From Eutreptiella sp. 'Long Island Sound 2002' (taxonomy: Eukaryota; Protista; Euglenida), in assembly GCA_964036045.1 (NCBI GenBank), contig OZ038378.1, positions 183,644,001 to 183,708,000 of the forward strand: a stretch of DNA of 64,000 bases, written 5' to 3'. Position 1 is the stretch's first letter. Each line of letters begins with the position of its first letter. The position numbers and the translations under genes are program-made. The notes beneath the pieces were generated by a model. The model made no database searches. It was given only the letters and a program-made list of their open reading frames with translations, and was not told the DNA's origin. Below, in pieces: positions 50,401 to 59,400 of this stretch.

Positions 50401-53400
50401 TCACCAAGGCGCTGGCGAGAGGGAGATGCTGCCGTGCCTGTGTGTGTCGGTTGCGCGCGCCCCGGGCCTGTGGGGGGTTCAAGGGCACAGGGCCAGGGCA
50501 ACTAGCTGGTCTGGCACTCTGTGCAACGCCACCTGTGACCCTCTGGGTCAGTCAAGGAACGCCTGGGGCTCAGTCGTGAGCGGGGGAAGCCGCAGTTCAC
50601 CCGACCCACAGACTCCCCCGTGTGGTAGGGCACCCACACTCCGCTGCTGGGGCCTGGAGCACCGGGCACACAAAACCCCCCCCACCCGCCAACAGGAGGA
50701 CCACAGCCCGCTGGAGGAGAACAAAATGGGGCCGTCCCAGTGGATGGAAGGTCCTGGCGTGTGCTGAGAACTTCCCTGCCCCAGGAGCACTTGAGAGAGC
50801 GGAGCTCCTGGTGAGCCCGCTGCGCTTTGGTCACTTCTGATGAGACGGGATCCGGAGGGTGACGCTACTCGCCGACCCCTTCTGCGGGGGCAGGGGAGGG
50901 GAGGGGGCTGCATTTTGCGCATGGTGCTACATGCCCCCTTTGCACTGTCGGAGGCCTTTCGCTTTCCTTACTGGACTGCCCTGCGCTATACGTCCGTCGT
51001 GCCTTTGTGCGCCCTAGTGCCCTAGTGTGTGCGCCCTAGTGCGCCCTAGTGTGTGGCCTTGTGTGCTTTTCGTTGTCCTTTGTGCACACAGTCTGCCCAT
51101 CGTTCCCTCTGCTCCCCTCTGCCTCTGTCCGCACGCAGATCGCGTACTCTGCGAGCTCCCCCGACGAAGAGGCTATGGTCATCGGGGCATGCGACATGGG
51201 GTTCTCGTTGCGGCGGCGGCACGGAGACACCGTCGAGGTCGTGATCGATGATGAGCTCCACGAGTACGTCGTGCTCAACATCAACGAGTTTACGTCGAGT
51301 CGCAAGCGCATGAGCGTTGTGCTGCGGTGCCCCGATGGCCAGATCCTGCTGCTGTGTAAGGGCGCGGTATGTGTCCGAGATCGCCCCAGACTGGACACCG
51401 AAAAGAGGGGGGCGTTCATGGGGGTGTGGGCGTGCTCCGCGGGGCCGGCAACGGCACAGGTTCACAGGACAACACGCATGTTTATCTCTCCCCCCACACT
51501 GCTACGACGAGGGCTGCTCGCCGACACGCTCGCGCACGGCCAGGCAACCTCGAGCCCATGACGTCTGTGGAGGTTGGGGGCGGTGTTCGGTTCTGTCGAA
51601 TGTCCTCTCAGGGCCGGTCTAGTGGTTGTGTACCCAGGGTTTGGTGGAGTCGGGCGCTCGAACCACTCAACCAGCACCAGTCTCGATCGGTGGGGGTGTG
51701 GTATGCGACACCAAAGGATTGGAACCGCGGGGGACTGGGGGCTCAGTGGATGCCATTTCTTTGTGCTCGCCCTTTGTCTCGGATTCCCATTCCCCAGTTT
51801 TTGGAGTGCGCAGCATCACACGTCTACAGTTTGCGAGGGTTTCCCGCACCGAACCCGAACAAGTGCGTCACATCCCCTGTGCCCGAGGCGAACAGAACAC
51901 GATTGATCTGCTGAAATGGAATGGAATGGACCCCCCCCCCCTCCACACCACCACTCGACCTCCCGCGACGCTGTGTGGGGGTATTTCCCGAACAGACCAG
52001 ACTGCAAGTGACCAGCTTCTCAGTTTTACGGTCAACAGCTGATCCCTCCCCCTGATAGCCGGCACGTGGGCAGGCGTGGGGTCCATCATCCAAGCCCTTA
52101 AGGCAGGGTAGCATGCACCTGCTGTGTAAACCCTCCCCCGGTCAATTTGATTAGAGCCGCAATGGGCGACAAGCGCCTGAAAGCAAATTTTTATGTAGAA
52201 TCCTACAACCTCCTGGGGGGGCTATAGGTGTGTGCGGGGGGTCGGGGGGTTGGCACAAGGCCTCGGTATCTGGTATCCGCAGGGGGGGGGGTTATACACC
52301 AGATGTCCTGGGAGGTGCTCTTCCGAAAGCGTGGGCACTCTATTGGGCCTGAGTGCGCCATTTTGCCCTGGTCACGCTGTACCTGAGGCACGGCTTTGTC
52401 CTCTCGCACTATGCCTTGGGCTCTGCTTTGCCCCGTCACACTATGCCTCAGGCAGTGTTCTGTTTTGTTCGGTCACGCTCGGTGCTGGCCCCCTTTCCCT
52501 TGTGCACCACTCCCCAAGCCCTGAGGACCTTCGGCCGCCGTTGTTGACGCAGGATTCAGCCATTCTGACCCCCGACCGTCTGCTGGAGGACGAGACAGGG
52601 GTGCAGGACGAAACCCACAAAGCGCTCAAACAGTTTGCGAAGGAGGGCCTGCGGACGCTGGTGATGGCGGAGCGGTACCTTTCGGCAGAGTATTGGGAGG
52701 AGTGGGACGTGCAGTTCCGGGAGGCGCATCACTCGCCGCCGGACGAGCGGGCCTCGCGCTTGGAGCACATCGCGGACGAGGTCGAGCGGCACATGGATCT
52801 TTTGGGGGCCACTGCGGTGGAGGATCGAATGCAGGTGCTCATGTGGCAGAGGCCGGGGGGGGGGGGGGTCAAAGCAAGTTGAGACCGTTGGCCTGGCGGT
52901 TAATCGTAAACCACCTGCAGTCAGTTGGTGATTGACGGGGGTTAGTGGCCCAGCAAGTGATTAACCGGCGGCGATTGGTGGTCAACTGAAGTTGGTTAGT
53001 GCTCAATCGCTGGGGGAGGGGTAAGGGGAGCCGATTGTCGAGGGAGGGGTGTACCCGACTCTAGAACGGTGAGGGTGTGGGTCCAACGTTAACACCGAGT
53101 GTATGTGTTGAACTCGGCCTCGAATTCCGACAGCTTTTTGCAAATGTCATTTTTCCGTGTGGACACACTTTTCTGATATGCATGTGAGTACATGCCCTCT
53201 CCCCTCCCTCCCCCCACATACAACGGGTGCTTGGGGGGCATTGCATGCAAAATCCTCAAAATCAACCCCCTTGGGCAGCATGTCATTGGTACCTGTGAGC
53301 GACCCCCCAGTTCCAGGCCCACAGGCGGCATGCGGCCACAAAAATCCCCAAAATCACCGTCCAAGGCTGTCCAAGGCCGAAGAAATCAACGAGCAGACGT

Positions 53401-56400
53401 CGCCCAGTACCCGGAAGACGTACAGCTATCTATGCGGGGCAGCAAAGGCATCACAGTGTTTGGACTTGCCCAGAGGACAGCGACACTGCATACCCCTACC
53501 CTGCCCCCGCCTCTGTCCCTGCCCCTGCTACACACACTCCTGACGGCAAATATGCACGGATGACATGGCCGATACAGGAAATGGGTATGGGCCCAGGCGG
53601 CCTGGCATGACAGGAGGCAGACCCAGGATCAGCAGGGTCAGGGTCTGTTTTTGCTGCAGGTCTGGGGAGAGGCGTTTCGCTTCCGGCGCCAGTGCCAACC
53701 CACTGGGGCAATATTCGGTGCGAAGCGTAGGCTCTCAGATCAACTTGTACTTGTAGGACCTCCCAGCCCTCAGGCAATCATCTTTTGGTAGCCACGCATA
53801 GTTGGTCTCGAGCCGACCACCGTCGATTTGGACTTACGAGCTGTGGTCTTGGGGTGGCATGGGTATTCTCGGGAGCGCTGGAGACGTAGCTATGGGTGGG
53901 TGTGCCCAAGCCCAGAGGCGATCATGCGAGCGTTCTCCAGCAATGCAGCTAGGACGCTCCCCGTGTCCGGCCTGGCCGGAGTATCTTGCCCGCCCCAAGC
54001 CACACGGCTGCTAGGCACCCCTGCCCCCACAAGTTCAGTTGGTGGCGAACCAACGGTCTCTCGGTTGCGTTTTGCAGATCCTGTCAGCGTGTCGCTTGCT
54101 TAGCATCCAAATCCTGGATGGCCTGCAGGGATGGGGTGCTCTAGGGGACAGCAGAGCTGCTGTTGTGTCGAGGCTGTGCTGGGGAACAAGCCCCCAGTGA
54201 ACTCGTTCTCCTGCTCCTCCCCGCCCCTGTGCCCATGCTCTTGCTGCCCCTGCCCCGGCCTTCCTGCCCGAGTCTCTGCCCACGCCCCATCCTCATGTCG
54301 CTGTGCAGGAGGGGGCACTGCTGTGCATCCAACGGCTGAAGCGGGCCAACATCAGCATCTGGATGCTCTCAGGGGACCGGGTGGAGACGTGTGTGAATAT
54401 TGCAATGGCCTGCAGCCTGATCCACCCGAACATGTATTTTGCCCGCGTGACCACCGCAGACTTGCCAGCGGCAGGGCTCGCTGGGGCTGAGGGCATTTGG
54501 GGGGCCACGCAGAAGGACAGTGTTTTGGAGAAGTTGAAGACAGCGGTGGTCAAGTGCAAGACTCCGAAATATGCGTCGCTCGACAGGGCCCTGATCATTG
54601 ACGGCACGGCGATCGAGATTGGACTTGAGGTAGGGGTCAGGGCCGGTGGGCGTTCGGGGCGAGGGGCGGGCGGGTGGAGTAATGCTCCAAGAAGCCGTCG
54701 TGACTACAGCGAAGGCGTTCGCGGATTTTGAAATGCGAATCGAAGTGGCCATTTGGGCCTACTCCGGTTCGACCCTTGGGGTCTCATGTGCTCGTCGCTT
54801 GGGGGTCTTTCACGTGGCACTGTCTCCTCGCACCTGTAGCGGGACAGCGTGACCCTTGATCTGCCTCCTGCCGTGGCCGGTCGCCTGGGCCCATATCAGG
54901 CATGTGATTAGTGGTTGGTCTACCCTCGCAGTGCCCACCTCACGATTGGGCACGGCTGCAATAGGACAGGCTGGAGGGCGCAGCAACAATCATGCGCCAC
55001 GGTTATGTGCCTCCGCACTTCACACCTGACCTGCTCATCAACAAACCCCCCCCCCCAGGACAGGGCAGACCCCGCTCGCCGAAAACGGTGCAGAGCACAG
55101 AAGGAGGAGAAGGAAAGGAAAAAAGGGAAAGAATAATTGTGGTTGTTAGAAGCCCCTGTCAGGACAATTATCCTGCAGATGCACACCCCAGCGCGCACAA
55201 GTCAGTGCTGGAGTCGGCAAACCCAGCATGCACTCGGAGTGTGCATCTGGATGCACCTGGTCAACGGCACGGGCAACAGCCCGTCTCCGGGACAGCCGAC
55301 CCTGGAGTAGTCAAACAGGACAAGTCATCCAGGAGCTCCGTTGACACAACCAAAACACGTTCGGGCCCACAGAGGGTCAGAATGAGCAGTGGCGAGAGGC
55401 CAATAGGCGCCGCCAAAGGCAAACAATCAGATACCGAGGCCTTGTGCCAACCCCCCCCCCCCCGCGCCCACGGCTTGTGTTGCCTGTAAAACAGGCGGAT
55501 CCGCAGCACCTGGGAAGGAACCTAAACTATGACGCACATATCGGTAATTTGTCTGAATCCCGAAGTTGTGGTGTCGGCCAATTCAACAGGTGGGCCCGGT
55601 GCCCCCTGGCAATGCCCCTGGCTATGCAGCTGGCCCGCCACCGTTCTTTCGTTTGCATAGGAAGAGGAGCGTTGGTATGGGCCTGGGCCACTGATGCAGT
55701 ACGGAGCGCTTTGCAAGTGCGTTGTGGCCTGCCGCCTCGACCCGAAGCAGAAGGCGGAGATCGTTCAGGCGTTCCGCAGGAAGACGAAGAAAATCACTCT
55801 TGCAGTGGGGGACGGGGCCAACGACTGTGGGATGCTGCACACCGCCCACATCGGCGTGGGGATCTCGGGCCGGGAGGGCAGCCAGGCTCTGATGGCCAGT
55901 GATTACATGATCGGGCAGTTCGCATTCCTGCAGCAGCTGCTGCTGGTGCATGGCCGGTATGACTGACGTGCCGCGTGTATGTGCAAGACGGGCATTGAAA
56001 GTAGCATTGCATGCTCCCTGAGACTTACACCACGTAAGCAAAGCAAACCACATGACCTGCTTCGTGCAGTACGAAAATTGGAGCCTAACAGTAGGGACAC
56101 TAATTTGGATATGGGTAACACACCATGTCAACCGGCCCATTTCAGGGTCCAGAAAGATTAGCTCGTATCTCCACCTTCCCGTTCTCACGGCCAGCTGGGA
56201 ATAGCGCCATTGAGACCGGAGGGGGGGGCTTGCCTCCGCGTTTGAGCCCTGCCTTACGCTCCAACAAGGCCTTCCCCCGGTGCTTGAGACAAAGCCGCAA
56301 GTTGGCGGCTCAGTGTAAAATGGAAGGCCCTTTGCCTGCCATCACAAGATGTTTTTGGTTTTTGTATTGTTGGCCTGTCAGGCATGACTGAGCACACAGA

Positions 56401-59400
56401 AACAGCCTGCAGATGTGGCGATGCACTGGGTGATCTAGCCCCACTTAAGGGCACCACAGTATGAGCTGGATCATATGGTTCTGAGGCAGCACCACCTGGA
56501 GAGGGTATGGAGCACCGTGGGATGGAGGTCGCGAGTCACGCTCGAACAATGGCAGTTCACAAGGGCACTGCCCTGTGACCCCAACACCCGCTCCAGGAAC
56601 GCAGTGACAACGGGGCAGAGCTGTGGACGGGAAGGACAGTAGTACCATATGAGGGCAGTCGTGAATGACCCGCCCTACTGAACCGGATCCGGTTGGCCAA
56701 AGCTGTCGTGAACCGTTCACCTGCTTTTTGCCAACCCTTTGGCATCAGGCTCTGACCTAACGGTAAACGATTCAAGAATGGCAGCCGGCAGTTGGCGACA
56801 GCAGTTGTTGGATCACTGATGGCGGTTGGTGCTCTCAGCTGTGACCCTGTGCCGTGCACTCTTTATGCCGCATTTCCATTCGTGTTTTTCCGTGGTTTAT
56901 TTCTGCAGTTGGTCCCTCCAACGGATTTCAAAGCTGATCATCTACTCCTACTACAAAAACGTTGGGTTCCGCTTGACAGCGTTCTGGTTCGGCCTGATCT
57001 CGGGGTTCTCTGGGACTAGCCCCATCTTCTCGATCACAGGCCCTTTCTGGAACGTCATCTTCACATCTTTGCCCATTATGGGCGTGGCCTTACTAGACAA
57101 AGATATGGCATATCAGGTCTCGTTGGTCTAAGAGGACGCCTTCAGCATATTGCGCGTGCATTTCAACAATTTGGCCGTCCCGCTGGACCAAGGACTTGTA
57201 GTTGGCTTGGTGTGGGACAAATTATTCGTGTGTTCGCTCACCACCACCACTGAAAATTGGCTGCAAATATGATGTTGAATGTTTCTACTTTTTAAGGGAT
57301 GGTGTAGGAGGATGGTGTAGGTACCATGGTCGATGATATGTCGCCACAATCCATGTTCCTGTTGGTGATCGAATAAATTCTTTCGCGCAATGTAGGGCAG
57401 CACTACATGGAAGCATCAGTAGAGGCACCATCCATCAATCCCACCTCATAACAGCTTGGGCGCCCTGTTCAAAATTGTCCAAACAGAAGGAAGGGACTTG
57501 CATGCACCACGGAGAGCGGGGACAATGGCATCCATGGTTTCGCCTGGTCTATCAACTCCATCCTTGTGCCTTGCTGAGTTACTCTCTCAGTCATTTCTTC
57601 TTCAATGACCTTCATCTTCTCATAACCTGACGTCCTTTCTTTTCCCTCTCACCCTTGCTATGTTAGGTCTTTTGCTGTATGTCTCCGGTCGCAAGTCTGG
57701 CTCTCAAGATTTGTACATTTGTGACATTTGCGTAGTACATAGTGTCTAGCTTGCATTGGCACACACGTGTGACAAGATCATGGTGGTTTGATATAACCTA
57801 ACCCCTTCTTAAAGCTTTGCTGATGTTTCAGGGTGTTATGTGCACAAGCACAACCAGTGCATGAATTACCTATCTTTTACAGCCTTTTATCTATGCTATG
57901 TTGCATTTTTTCTTGGCTTGGGGGAAGGGACCCTCATGGTACCTTTAAGTGACCTACAGTATCCAAAGCACCCTTAGGGTATCCCACAATATCTATCTAG
58001 GCACCATTAAGGTATTTTACATATCTAGAGTACATATCCAAAGTACCCTCAGACCACCCTCAATGGTCAGGGTACTTTCAGGGCACCCTCAATAAATATC
58101 CAAGGTAATCTAAGGGTACCTTTGGGGTACCCTCAAAGGTACACTTAAGGTACCCTTGATACCTAAGATACCCTCATGGTACCCTCAATATCCAGGGCAC
58201 TCTGAGGGTACCCCTAGAGTACACTCAATATCCTCAATATCCAGTGTATCTTGAGGGTACCCTTACTACCCAGGGTACTCTCAACATGGAGGGTACTCTG
58301 AGATTACCCTCAGAGCACCATTAATGTCTAGTGTACCCTCAGTGTACCCTCAATATCTAGAGTGCCCTCAATATTGACTGATTGAGGGCACTCTGAAGGT
58401 ATCCTAAAAGTGCCGTTGATATCCAATGCACCCTCAAGGTACCTTGATGTCCAGGGTACCCTGAATATCACTTTGAGGGTATTTTCAGGGTACCTTCATT
58501 ATCCAATGTACCCTCAGGGTATCTATGACCCTCAAGAATACCCTTAGTAATCCCAAGTACCCTCAGTGTGTGTGGCTCAAGGTACCCTCCTGGAATCTTG
58601 AGGGTACCCTCAATGTCCAAGGTTCCCGAACTGTTTTGTGTACCTTTGGGTTACCCTCAGGGTACCAGGTGATCCACATTCTCCAGAATACCGTCTTCAT
58701 GGCACTTTCACCAATGTAGCCGCAGAGTACCCTTCATATCCACAGTACCCGCAATACACAGGGCATTTTGAGGGTACCACCACGGAATCCTCGGGCCACC
58801 CTTATGTTTGGAATATTGTAGCATAAGAGGGCTACACCCCTACGGCGCTTGCGGTGCGCCCTGCGGCACACGTTAGGAATAATCCCGATAGCAAACAAGA
58901 CAGGCAATTCATTGTTATTGGATTCACTACTTTTTGTCACTCCGCCCCTTTGCACTGTGCAATACATCCATTGGGGATTTTTTCCTTTTTTGAGCCCCCC
59001 CCCCCCCGCCCACCCCCTGCTGACCCGTGTGTGTTGGGGCTTGGGGTTGGGGTGATGGGGAATGCCGGGCTATGTAGCCGTTCCACCCACGGTCTATGGG
59101 TACCAAGTTTGCTTCCTCTACATTTTGGTGCATTTGAAGGGGTTAGTAAAATAGTTTAGCCCATGTGGTCATGCTCAAGAAGGCAGGGGTTATGTTGCTA
59201 CGTGAGAACATAGGGGTTCCCCTTTGCTTCCCCGTCATCAAACGTCCACGCCAGATTCGCAAGATGAGCCGCTATACAAAGGAATGTCGTTGGTTGCTCG
59301 GTGAAGATCTTGCATTCGGAGCTCTTCCCCGGCTCAAGTGCGGTCCTTGTGCTATTCACTCAGTGGGTTTTGTACAGGCAGGTGCTTCAAATGGTCATGG

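Noticed and set aside
55495-55543. AG/GT-bounded 49-nt candidate micro-exon
   Set aside because: Length is not a multiple of three; exons 11 and 12 already join in phase.
57128-57403. Minus-strand frame with [11 protein letters not shown]...ML, loosely like an LTR integrase core
   Set aside because: Catalytic D,D-35-E residues and other LTR-element features are missing; similarity too weak.
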